From: Elusimicrobiota bacterium
Lineage (GTDB): Bacteria > Elusimicrobiota > Endomicrobiia > Endomicrobiales > JBDRNC01
DNA: 27,178 nucleotides
Direction: 5' to 3'
Assembly: GCA_043811535.1 (NCBI GenBank)
Contig: JBDRNC010000006.1
Location: 1 to 27,178, forward strand
The notes beneath the pieces were generated by a model that saw nothing but the letters and a program-made list of their open reading frames with translations, was not told the DNA's origin and made no database searches. Shown here piece after piece: positions 1 to 8,225 of the stretch (the first letter of the stretch is position 1; each line of letters begins with the position of its first letter). A program made the translations under genes and the position numbers.

Positions 1-134
1 ATCATGCATAGGGATGAACGAAAAGGAAATTCTCGCCTATGTAGAGCATCAGTTCAAAGAAGACACAGGGCAACTGAAACTCAATTTCTAAAGAACGCGA
101 AAGAAGCCGCCGGCTCCTGCCGGCGGAGTATCAC
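1..134 (+). mobile_element. Right end of an IS200/IS605-family element
   Basis: GAAG (103-106), hairpin CCGCCGGC-TCCT-GCCGGCGG (107-126), then AGTA-TCAC (131-134). GAAG/TCAC fits the guide/cleavage-site pairing rule known from IS608 (GAAT/TCAA). Confidence 0.8.
2..91 (+). CDS. tnpA: IS200/IS605-family Y1 (HUH) transposase TnpA, C-terminal fragment cut by the window edge
   Basis: Manual translation gives SCIGMNEKEILAYVEHQFKEDTGQLKLNF*, matching the TnpA helix with the catalytic YxxxQ motif. A typical right-end hairpin follows. Confidence 0.8.
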   Translation, partial: SCIGMNEKEILAYVEHQFKEDTGQLKLNF

Positions 135-214
135 TATTTAGTTTTTAGTATTTGACGCAGAAAACACTTGGGAAATTAATTAGCTAAGCTCATAAATTTA
201 CAGGAGGCGAAAAG

Positions 215-1873
215 ATGCGCTCATTATCGATTCTAGTAGTTGATGATGACAAAAATATCGTTTTTACGCTTGGAGAGATATTAAAACTTCACAATTGGGA
301 CGTTGATATAGCCGAGGACGGGTACAAGGCCGTCGAGCTTGTAAAAGAGAAAAAATACGACCTCGTGCTGTTGGACGTAAAGATGCCGGGCATTGACGGG
401 ATACAGACGTTTTCTGAAATAAAGAAAATACAGCCCGAAGCGATAGTATTTCTTATGACTGCGGGAACAGTGGATAATCTTGCGGAAATGCAGAAGACAG
501 GGGTGTTCACGATCATACAGAAGCCTATTGATGTCACAAAGATTATAAAAATGATTTCGGATTTTGAGAAAAAGGGCATTGTGTTAGTGGTCGATGACAG
601 TGAGAACGACAGGACTCTTCTGACAGACATTCTCACGAGCAAGGGCTTCAGAGTGGTGAGCGCCAAGACGGGCGCAGAGGCCATAGACCTAGCCGAGCGC
701 AACGATTTTGACGTGATAATACTGGATATACGCCTTCCTGATATGGACGGGATCTCCGTGCTTGAAAAAATAAAGGAATTTAAGCCAGCTTCTTCTATCA
801 TTACCGTTACCGGTTACTGCCTCGACGAACTGATAGAAAATATCGTCAGCAAAGGGGCCTACACCTGCCTTCTTAAGCCGTTCGACGTGGAACTGCTGCT
901 CAGAGAGATAAACAATCTTATGAGCAAAAAGACGATAGTTGAATCCGATAAGGGCCCGGAAGAGAAGAAAGTCAATGTTTTGGTCGTGGAAGACGACGAT
1001 AATATCAGGGGGACGCTGAAAGAGATTCTGGCCGAAGAGGGATACGCTGTCTCGACCGCTTCAACAGTGAAAAAAGCCGAAGATGAACTGGTTGCGAAAA
1101 ATTACGACGTTGTCATTTCCGACCTGTCGGTAGGAAAGAGTTCCGGTCTTTCGCTTGTGGACCCTTCAAGGAAAAAAGATAAAACCACGGTCTTTCTCCT
1201 TCTGACCGGGCAAGGCTCGCTCGAAACGGCGGTTGAAGCCGTAAAAAAGAACGTAGATGAGTATATACTGAAACCCATTAAGCCCGCCGAACTCATTCAC
1301 AAGGTCAAGAGTTATCTGGAAAAGCAAAAGCTTACACGCGAGAAGGATTATCTTCTCGGACAGCTGCAGCAGTCGAATATGAGACTGCTTGAGATAATCA
1401 AAACAGACGAGCTCACGGGGCTGTTCAACAGAAGGCATTTATTTGAACAGCTGCATGCTGAAATGCAAAGGTCCAAAAGGCAGAAAACATCGCTTTGTCT
1501 TATGATGTGCGACATAGACGGTTTCAAAAAATATAACGATACCTACGGGCATCTCGAGGGCGATAAGGTGCTTAAAGAAGTCACGCTTATGATTAAAATG
1601 TTTGTCCGGCAGTATGTGGACCAGGTTTTCAGGTACGGAGGCGACGAGATCGCGGTAATCGTGCCTGGGCTTGACGAGGATCACGCTGTCAGCCTGGGTT
1701 CGAGGATTGTGGACAAGGTGTGCGAGAAAACGCAGTCGTACGGGATCGGAATCAGCATCGGGATAGCATGTTTAAACGTTGAGGCGGTCGTTTCGCTGAA
1801 TGATTTTGTGGATATGGCGGACAAAAAACTGTACGAAGCCAAAAAATCCGGGAAAAATAAAGTAGTGATATAA
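215..1873 (+). CDS. Response-regulator diguanylate cyclase with three tandem REC domains and a GGDEF domain
   Basis: Three VVDD/VVED...D...KP receiver repeats, a coiled coil, then DELTGLFNRR, DIDGFKKYND and RYGGDEI. AGGAGG RBS upstream. Confidence 0.92.
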   Translation: MRSLSILVVDDDKNIVFTLGEILKLHNWDVDIAEDGYKAVELVKEKKYDLVLLDVKMPGIDGIQTFSEIKKIQPEAIVFLMTAGTVDNLAEMQKTGVFTIIQKPIDVTKIIKMISDFEKKGIVLVVDDSENDRTLLTDILTSKGFRVVSAKTGAEAIDLAERNDFDVIILDIRLPDMDGISVLEKIKEFKPASSIITVTGYCLDELIENIVSKGAYTCLLKPFDVELLLREINNLMSKKTIVESDKGPEEKKVNVLVVEDDDNIRGTLKEILAEEGYAVSTASTVKKAEDELVAKNYDVVISDLSVGKSSGLSLVDPSRKKDKTTVFLLLTGQGSLETAVEAVKKNVDEYILKPIKPAELIHKVKSYLEKQKLTREKDYLLGQLQQSNMRLLEIIKTDELTGLFNRRHLFEQLHAEMQRSKRQKTSLCLMMCDIDGFKKYNDTYGHLEGDKVLKEVTLMIKMFVRQYVDQVFRYGGDEIAVIVPGLDEDHAVSLGSRIVDKVCEKTQSYGIGISIGIACLNVEAVVSLNDFVDMADKKLYEAKKSGKNKVVI

Positions 1874-1874
1874 A

Positions 1875-1965
1875 TCAATGATCAGTTAACAATTAACAAT
1901 GAACAATTAGTAATTATCAACAAATGAATTTAATTGGTAACTGGTAACTGATAATTGGTAATTGA
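1875..1965. repeat. Heptamer tandem-repeat hairpin (six RCAATTA-like units, loop, five TAAYTGR units)
   Basis: tcaatga tcagtta acaatta acaatga acaatta gtaatta ... taattgg taactgg taactga taattgg taattga. 20 bp are identical to 24485-24504. Confidence 0.85.
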
Positions 1966-1969
1966 AAAT

Positions 1970-4762
1970 ATGGATAAAATAATAATCAAAGGCGCGCGGC
2001 AGCATAACCTCAAAAATATCTCGCTTGAGATTCCAAGGGATAAGCTCGTGGTGGTTACCGGGCTTTCGGGTTCCGGGAAATCCTCGCTGGCATTTGACAC
2101 TATTTACGCGGAAGGGCAAAGGCGTTACGTCGAATCACTGTCGGCGTACGCGAGACAGTTCCTCGAACTGATGGAAAAGCCCGACGTGGATATTATTGAA
2201 GGCCTTTCACCCTCGATATCGATTGAACAGCGCACACCGTCGCATAACCCGCGCTCCATCGTTGGGACGGTCACCGAGATATACGATTACCTCAGGCTCC
2301 TGTTCGCCAGGATAGGTATCCCGCATTGCCCGCAATGCGGGCGGCAGATAAAACCGCAATCATCCCAGCAGATAATAGACGAAATAATGAAATTGCCCGC
2401 CGGCTCGAATATTCAGATAATGTCCCCGCTCGTGCGGGGCAGGATCGGAACGTACGAAGACCTTTTCCAGCGGCTGAAAAAAATAGGTTACGCGCGCGTT
2501 TTGGCCGACGGGAAACTTCACTCGCTTGAAGATAAAATAAAACTTGACCGGTACAAGAAACACACTATAGAGCTGGTAGTGGACCGTGTGGAGATATCCG
2601 CCCAGTCGCGCTCGCGCGTGGCGGATTCGGTTGAGACCGCGCTGAAGGAATCAAGGGGACTGCTCTCGGTCACGGTCGGGGGAAAACAGGCGAAGATATT
2701 CAGCGAGCATTACGCCTGCGTTGAATGCGGCATCAGCCTGCCGGAGCTTGAGCCGAGGCTTTTTTCGTTCAATTCACCTTACGGGGCGTGCCAGGAATGC
2801 GCGGGACTCGGGAATAAACTGGAGATAGCCGAAGACCTTGTTGTCCCCGACGCGGGGCTTTCGATCCATGCAGGCGCTCTTCTACCGTGGTCAAATCCGA
2901 TAACAACAAGGACTCACCGATGGAAAGGCGCGTGGGGCGGGTATTACAACGAAATGCTTTCCGGCGCGGCGCGCAGACACAAAATATCGCTTGATAAGCC
3001 GTGGAAAAACCTCGCGAGGGCGCAGCAGGAAGTCTTTTTGTTCGGCGACGGGGAATTTGAGGGCGTGATAAAGAACATGCAGCGCAGGTACGCGGAAACG
3101 GAATCCGAGTACGTGCGCGAAGAAATATACAACAAGTACATGAGACGCAGGATTTGCCCGTCCTGCGGCGGCGCGCGCCTCAAGAAGGAGGCCCTTGCGG
3201 TAAAAGTGAACGGTAAATCAGTCGCCGACATCATCCATCTTTCCGTGAGCGGTGCGCAGGAATTTTTCGGCAGAATAGATTTGACGGACAAGGAAAAAGT
3301 CATAAGCAAGGTCATAATGAAGGAGATACATGCAAGGCTCCAGTTTTTGATAAACGTCGGACTCGGATACCTGACGCTTGACCGCGAGAGTTCCACGCTT
3401 GCCGGAGGGGAAGCCCAGCGCATACACCTTGCCACGCAGATAGGATCCGGACTCACGGGCGTGCTGTACGTGCTGGACGAGCCGTCCATCGGACTGCACC
3501 AGCGCGATAACCGGCGCCTGCTGGAGACGCTGCTCAAGCTGAGGGATATGGGCAATACGCTTATCGTCGTGGAGCATGACGAGGACACGATACGAAATGC
3601 CGACTGGATAGTGGATCTCGGTCCCGGAGCCGGCGTGCGCGGCGGCAGTGTCGTGGTTTCCGGAACATTAAATGACGTGCTGAAAAATAAAGACTCCCTG
3701 ACCGGCAAGTATCTCAACGGGAAACTGAGAATACCTGTACCGGGAACCCGCCGGGAACCCGCAGGCAAGTTCATAGAGATACGCGGCGCGGCGCAGTTCA
3801 ACCTGAAAAACATAGACGTAAAGATCCCTCTCGGGTGCTGCGTCTGCGTGACGGGTGTTTCCGGCTCGGGAAAGTCCACGCTGATACACGAGATACTTTT
3901 CAAGGCGCTCGCGCATGAGCTTTACGGAGCGAAAGACCTTCCCGGCAAACACAAATCCATGGCGGGCGCGGAACACGTTGACAAGGTCATCATAGTCGAC
4001 CAATCGCCTATCGGGCGCACTCCCCGTTCGAATCCCGCGACCTACACGGGCGCGTTTTCGCCGATACGCGACCTTTTCGCGCAGCTGCCGGAGGCAAAAC
4101 GCAGAGGATACCAGCCGGGCAGGTTCTCTTTCAACGTCAAGGGCGGGCGCTGCGAGAACTGCCAGGGCGACGGCACGCTCAAGATAGAGATGCAGTTCCT
4201 TCCAGACGTGCATGTATTGTGCGAGGTTTGCCACGGGAAAAGATTCAACGAGGAAACCCTTCAGGTCAAATACAAGAGCAAGAACATAGACGAAGTGCTG
4301 AATATGACCGTGGAAGAAGGCTTTGAGTTTTTTAAGAATATCCCCGCGCTCAGCAGGGTGCTCGGGACTATCAACGAAGTTGGGTTGGGTTATATAAAAT
4401 TGGGCCAGCCCGCCACGACGCTCTCCGGCGGCGAAGCGCAGAGAGTCAAGCTGGCGGCCGAACTTTCGCGGCGTTCTACCGGCCGGGCGCTGTATATTCT
4501 GGACGAACCCACTACAGGGCTTCATTTCGCCGATGTTGAAAAACTGCTGAGCGTTCTTCATAAATTGACCGAAGCCGGGAACACCGTTATTGTGATAGAG
4601 CACAACCTTGAAGTTATCAAAACCGCTGACTGGATAATAGACCTCGGCCCCGAAGGCGGCGAAGGCGGCGGGCAGGTTGTGGAAGCCGGTCCTCCCGAAA
4701 AAATAATCCGCAACAAAAACTCCTACACGGGACAGTACCTTAAGGCAGTATTGAGTTTGTAG
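1970..4762 (+). CDS. uvrA: Excinuclease ABC subunit A
   Basis: [10 protein letters not shown], two Walker A motifs ([18 protein letters not shown]), LAGGE and LSGGE signatures, CxxC zinc fingers. ATG at 1970 preferred over TTG at 1955. Confidence 0.98.
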   Translation: MDKIIIKGARQHNLKNISLEIPRDKLVVVTGLSGSGKSSLAFDTIYAEGQRRYVESLSAYARQFLELMEKPDVDIIEGLSPSISIEQRTPSHNPRSIVGTVTEIYDYLRLLFARIGIPHCPQCGRQIKPQSSQQIIDEIMKLPAGSNIQIMSPLVRGRIGTYEDLFQRLKKIGYARVLADGKLHSLEDKIKLDRYKKHTIELVVDRVEISAQSRSRVADSVETALKESRGLLSVTVGGKQAKIFSEHYACVECGISLPELEPRLFSFNSPYGACQECAGLGNKLEIAEDLVVPDAGLSIHAGALLPWSNPITTRTHRWKGAWGGYYNEMLSGAARRHKISLDKPWKNLARAQQEVFLFGDGEFEGVIKNMQRRYAETESEYVREEIYNKYMRRRICPSCGGARLKKEALAVKVNGKSVADIIHLSVSGAQEFFGRIDLTDKEKVISKVIMKEIHARLQFLINVGLGYLTLDRESSTLAGGEAQRIHLATQIGSGLTGVLYVLDEPSIGLHQRDNRRLLETLLKLRDMGNTLIVVEHDEDTIRNADWIVDLGPGAGVRGGSVVVSGTLNDVLKNKDSLTGKYLNGKLRIPVPGTRREPAGKFIEIRGAAQFNLKNIDVKIPLGCCVCVTGVSGSGKSTLIHEILFKALAHELYGAKDLPGKHKSMAGAEHVDKVIIVDQSPIGRTPRSNPATYTGAFSPIRDLFAQLPEAKRRGYQPGRFSFNVKGGRCENCQGDGTLKIEMQFLPDVHVLCEVCHGKRFNEETLQVKYKSKNIDEVLNMTVEEGFEFFKNIPALSRVLGTINEVGLGYIKLGQPATTLSGGEAQRVKLAAELSRRSTGRALYILDEPTTGLHFADVEKLLSVLHKLTEAGNTVIVIEHNLEVIKTADWIIDLGPEGGEGGGQVVEAGPPEKIIRNKNSYTGQYLKAVLSL

Positions 4763-4813
4763 TTCGGAGTTCGTAGAACAACCCATTACAATCAACAATA
4801 AGCAATTAGCAAT
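4761..4813. repeat. Short heptamer arrays after the uvrA stop
   Basis: agttcgg agttcgt (4761-4774) and acaatca acaataa gcaatta gcaat (4788-4813). Confidence 0.6.
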
Positions 4814-4858
4814 CCCTGTTTTTCCTAAAACTCATTTAATATTTAACAACATTCTGTC

Positions 4859-4887
4859 TTGACACAAGCGGGAATATTAGGTAGAAT
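4859..4887 (+). promoter_or_regulatory. Sigma70-type promoter of the pal operon
   Basis: TTGACA-17 bp-TAGAAT. Confidence 0.75.
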
Positions 4888-4888
4888 T

Positions 4889-4919
4889 TAACCGGGATAA
4901 ACAGAGTTTATCCCGGTTA
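4889..4919. promoter_or_regulatory. Perfect 14-bp palindrome over the predicted pal transcription start
   Basis: TAACCGGGATAAAC-AGA-GTTTATCCCGGTTA. Confidence 0.55.
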
Positions 4920-4961
4920 TTCATTGCGGGCGCAGTCCGCCCCGTTTAAAGAGGTAGTAAC

Positions 4962-5468
4962 ATGAAAAAACTTTTTATTATTCTTGCAGCATGCGTTTTT
5001 GTATGGGGATGCGCGAAAAAACAGACAGTCAAACCGCAGCCTATAGAGCCGAAGCTGACGGCTCCGGTAGAGCAGGCGGCTCCTCCCGCTGAAGAGCCGT
5101 CAGTGCGTTACGCGGACTGGCAGCCCCTTCCGCAGATAGCGACGGTATTTTTTAATTACGACCAGTCGGATCTTATGCCTTCTGCCAGGGAGGCTCTGAA
5201 AAAGAACGCGGAGTTCATCAAGGGGAATCCGAATCTTGAAGTGCTTGTGGGGGGGCATTGCGACGAACGCGGCACGTTTGAATATAATCTCGCTCTGGGC
5301 CAGCGCCGCGCGGCGGTAGTGCGCGAGTATTACGGGCAGCTCGGGGTTCCTCTCGGCCGGATAGCCACCATATCTTACGGCGAGGAAATGCCGGCCAATC
5401 CGGGACAGAATGAAGCCGCTTGGGCCAAAAACAGGCGCGCGGAAACGAAGATTCGCACGAAGAAATGA
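4962..5468 (+). CDS. pal: Peptidoglycan-associated lipoprotein Pal
   Basis: Lipobox (VWGC) and OmpA-C motifs GHCDERGTFEYNLALGQRRA, ISYGEE and NRRAE. Confidence 0.95.
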   Translation: MKKLFIILAACVFVWGCAKKQTVKPQPIEPKLTAPVEQAAPPAEEPSVRYADWQPLPQIATVFFNYDQSDLMPSAREALKKNAEFIKGNPNLEVLVGGHCDERGTFEYNLALGQRRAAVVREYYGQLGVPLGRIATISYGEEMPANPGQNEAAWAKNRRAETKIRTKK

Positions 5469-6181
5469 GATACGCACCCGCTATAATATTATTGTTGTCC
5501 GCGGCTTCGCTGACCGGCTGCGTCGCAACGACAAACGAAATTGCGGACCTCCGCGACGATATATATCAGCTCCAACTGAAGCTGAACGACATGCAGAAGA
5601 ACCAGGCAGACCTGTCGGTTAAGATGGACGCTGTTTCCGGAAAAATGAGCGCGCTCAATTCCGAACTGGAAGACAACCAGAACAGGATGTCGGTTCTCGG
5701 GACAAGACTTGACGACGTGGACTCAAACCTTTCGCAGAAGATGAACAAACTTTCCGAGCAGATGTCCGGCCAGGCGCTTACGGTCTCGCCTCCTCCTTCC
5801 GAAATTTATAAACTAGCGTACGGCGATTTTTCCCGCGGAAAATATGATCTCTCCATAACGGGTTTCCGCGCGTATCTGGACAAATTCCCTTCGGGCGAGC
5901 TTGCTTCACAGGCGCAGTATTATCTGGGGGAATGCTACTACGCGCAGAATAACTGGGAAAAGGCGGCGCAAGAGTTCGGCAGCGTTGAAAAAAAGTATCC
6001 AAAATCAGGCGTTGTGCCGGCGGCAAGGCTGAAAAACGCCCTCGCCCTCGGTCAGTCCGGAAAAGCCGGCGAATCGCGCGCGATGCTTGAAACACTGATA
6101 AAGGATTTCCCTGAAAGCCCTGAAGCTTATTCCGCAAAAGAAAAAATAAGCCCTTCCGACGCTAATGAACAGCGACCTTAG
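5465..6181 (+). CDS. cpoB: Tol-Pal system protein CpoB/YbgF (lipoprotein, coiled coil plus TPR)
   Basis: ATGA overlap with pal, lipobox LTGC, coiled coil, TPRs (AQYYLGECYY). Confidence 0.88.
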   Translation: MRYAPAIILLLSAASLTGCVATTNEIADLRDDIYQLQLKLNDMQKNQADLSVKMDAVSGKMSALNSELEDNQNRMSVLGTRLDDVDSNLSQKMNKLSEQMSGQALTVSPPPSEIYKLAYGDFSRGKYDLSITGFRAYLDKFPSGELASQAQYYLGECYYAQNNWEKAAQEFGSVEKKYPKSGVVPAARLKNALALGQSGKAGESRAMLETLIKDFPESPEAYSAKEKISPSDANEQRP

Positions 6182-6785
6182 ATTTCCTCTTCTGGTTTCG
6201 TTTCTGGTACATATCGCTTTTTTCATCGCAACATCTATACAGGCGAACCGGACAATTTATGTGAACATCCCGGTCGAACTGGTGTTTTTTAACCAGCCGG
6301 AAGCCATGTCTCCTGAAATGCCGCTGGAACCACCCGCGGTTATTAAAAAGAAGGACGAGGATATTCGGATTCCGGACAGGAAAAAACCGGCGAAAAAACA
6401 GAATAAGGCCGAAATGAAACCGGCTACCGTCCAACAAACGCACGCCCAGCCCGTTGCCTTTCCGGCTCAGTTTAAGCCGTCCAGTCAGATCACTCTTGAA
6501 TCGGCGCGTTTTCCTTTCACGTATTATTCGAAAGGGATAGAAAAGAACGTAAGGAGAAACTGGAGCTGGTCGTCGGAATTTGAACGGCTTAAAGCAGTGA
6601 TATATTTCAAGATCATGCGGGACGGCAGCGTGGCGAATATTCAGCTAAAGGAAAGTTCGGGCGACTCGCTCTACGACCAGCAGGCGCTGCGGGCCGTGAA
6701 ACTCTGCGACCCTTTCCCGCCGCTTCCCGAAGCATACGGCGACGATTATCTCGGGGTGAACATAGAATTTGCTTTCAGAAATTGA
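6165..6785 (+). CDS. tolA: TolA/TonB-like energy transducer
   Basis: N-terminal TM helix with SxxxH (SFLVH), Pro/Lys-rich linker, C-terminal FKIMRDG...SSG..YDQQALRAV...PFPPLP. Lies directly before tolB. Confidence 0.8.
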   Translation: MNSDLRFPLLVSFLVHIAFFIATSIQANRTIYVNIPVELVFFNQPEAMSPEMPLEPPAVIKKKDEDIRIPDRKKPAKKQNKAEMKPATVQQTHAQPVAFPAQFKPSSQITLESARFPFTYYSKGIEKNVRRNWSWSSEFERLKAVIYFKIMRDGSVANIQLKESSGDSLYDQQALRAVKLCDPFPPLPEAYGDDYLGVNIEFAFRN

Positions 6786-6804
6786 ATAATAGAGGAACAA
6801 CCGT

Positions 6805-6839
6805 ATTTGGTCATGGGTATCCGGTTTATGGTGTTAGGT
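6805..6839. repeat. Degenerate heptamer array (NNNNGGT x5)
   Basis: atttggt catgggt atccggt ttatggt gttaggt. Confidence 0.5.
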
Positions 6840-6845
6840 AAAGGC

Positions 6846-8114
6846 ATGAAAAAAGCGATATACATAGCACTTATACTTTTTTTGGCAATATCAGCTCAAG
6901 CCGCGACGGACATTTATTTGAGCCTTTCCGCGCACGGCAAAAGGCTTGACATCGGGCTGGCGGGATTCAATCCTCTCACTCCTTCAATGGATGAGTTGAA
7001 AATCTCAAGACAGCTGATGGAAATCCTCCGCTATGACATTCTTTTTTCCCGCTATTTCAACGTTGTTGAGGGTGGGCCTCCGTTCACCGGAACAGAACAG
7101 AACTCAGCCGAATGGGGGAACCGCGGGGCGGAAATCCTTATCAGCGGGGAGATCCGCGTAAAGGGAGACATATTAAACCTAACGTGCAAACTCATAGACG
7201 TGGAAAGCAGGCAGTCCGTCTGGCAGAAAGAGTTCAAGGCAAGAACTGACGAATGCAGGGAGCTGGGGCACCTGTTAAATGACGAGATAATTTACAGACT
7301 GACCGGTGAAAAAGGCATTGCTCATACGAAGATAGTTTTCGCGAACAGGAACGGGCCGGGCAAGGAAATCTGCATTATAGATTACGACGGCGGCAATCTC
7401 AGGAGACTCACAAAAAACTCATCGATAAACATGTTTCCGCGCTGGTCGCCCGACGGCGGTGAAATTATTTTTACGACTTATCTTTACGGCAATCCTGATC
7501 TCTACGCAGTGGCGCCCTCGGGATCCGGTTTCAGGCCGGTTTCGTTCAAGCAGGGGCTTAACGCCACGGGGTCATTTTCAACGGACGGGCATATTCTGGC
7601 GGTAACGCTTTCGCTGGGCAAGGACCCGAGCATCTATCTGCTGGAAAGGTCAGGAAAGATTATCAGGCAGCTTACATTCGGTAAGGGTATTGAGACAAGT
7701 CCGTCGTTTTCGCCGAACGGCAAAGAGATATCGTTCATTTCGGATCAATCCGGATATCCGCAGGTTTACATAATGAGTCTTGACGGCGGAAATGTCAGGA
7801 AACTGCCGGCAAAAGGATACTGCGATTCCCCCGCTTGGTCCCCGAGGGGGGATAGGATAGTTTTCGTCATGAGAGAGGGCAGGGGAGATTACGACTTGTA
7901 TTTGTATGACCTCGCGAGCGACGGCATAACAAAGCTCACGCGGGACGAGGGAAGCAACGAAAACCCGTCCTGGTCGCCTGACGGCAGGTTCATTGTGTTC
8001 AGTTCAAACAGGTCCGGAAGGAATGAGCTTTACATAATAGGCGCGGACGGGTCCGGCGCCCGCAAACTCGGTAATATCGGCGGAAATTCGTACATGCCGA
8101 GTTGGGGACCTTAA
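6846..8114 (+). CDS. tolB: Tol-Pal beta-propeller protein TolB
   Basis: Signal peptide MKKAIYIALILFLAISAQA, TGEKGIAHTKIVF, and repeated PxWSPDG (PD40) blades. Confidence 0.93.
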   Translation: MKKAIYIALILFLAISAQAATDIYLSLSAHGKRLDIGLAGFNPLTPSMDELKISRQLMEILRYDILFSRYFNVVEGGPPFTGTEQNSAEWGNRGAEILISGEIRVKGDILNLTCKLIDVESRQSVWQKEFKARTDECRELGHLLNDEIIYRLTGEKGIAHTKIVFANRNGPGKEICIIDYDGGNLRRLTKNSSINMFPRWSPDGGEIIFTTYLYGNPDLYAVAPSGSGFRPVSFKQGLNATGSFSTDGHILAVTLSLGKDPSIYLLERSGKIIRQLTFGKGIETSPSFSPNGKEISFISDQSGYPQVYIMSLDGGNVRKLPAKGYCDSPAWSPRGDRIVFVMREGRGDYDLYLYDLASDGITKLTRDEGSNENPSWSPDGRFIVFSSNRSGRNELYIIGADGSGARKLGNIGGNSYMPSWGP

Positions 8115-8119
8115 AAACC

Positions 8120-8154
8120 GGCAGACGGAAGAAGGAAGATGGAAGACGGAAAAA
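8120..8154. repeat. Heptamer array (GGAAGAC-like x5)
   Basis: ggcagac ggaagaa ggaagat ggaagac ggaaaaa, just after the tolB stop. Confidence 0.7.
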
Positions 8155-8166
8155 CGATTGATTATA

Positions 8167-8195
8167 TTGACGGAAACGGCTGTATTTGATACAAT
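8167..8195 (+). promoter_or_regulatory. Sigma70-type promoter with extended -10
   Basis: TTGACG-17 bp-TACAAT, preceded by TGn. Confidence 0.7.
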
Positions 8196-8225
8196 AATCA
8201 TGTACTTTTTACGACGGAGGAAGCT

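Noticed and set aside
152..180. Promoter for the diguanylate cyclase (TTGACG)
   Set aside because: No convincing -10 hexamer at 16-18 bp spacing.
1874..1969. LexA/SOS box upstream of uvrA
   Set aside because: No known SOS consensus is recognisable, and the region is occupied by heptamer repeats.
2944..4798. Long antisense ORFs (319 and 376 aa)
   Set aside because: They are shadows of uvrA codon structure with no recognisable motifs. The same applies to the other overlapping ORFs in the track.
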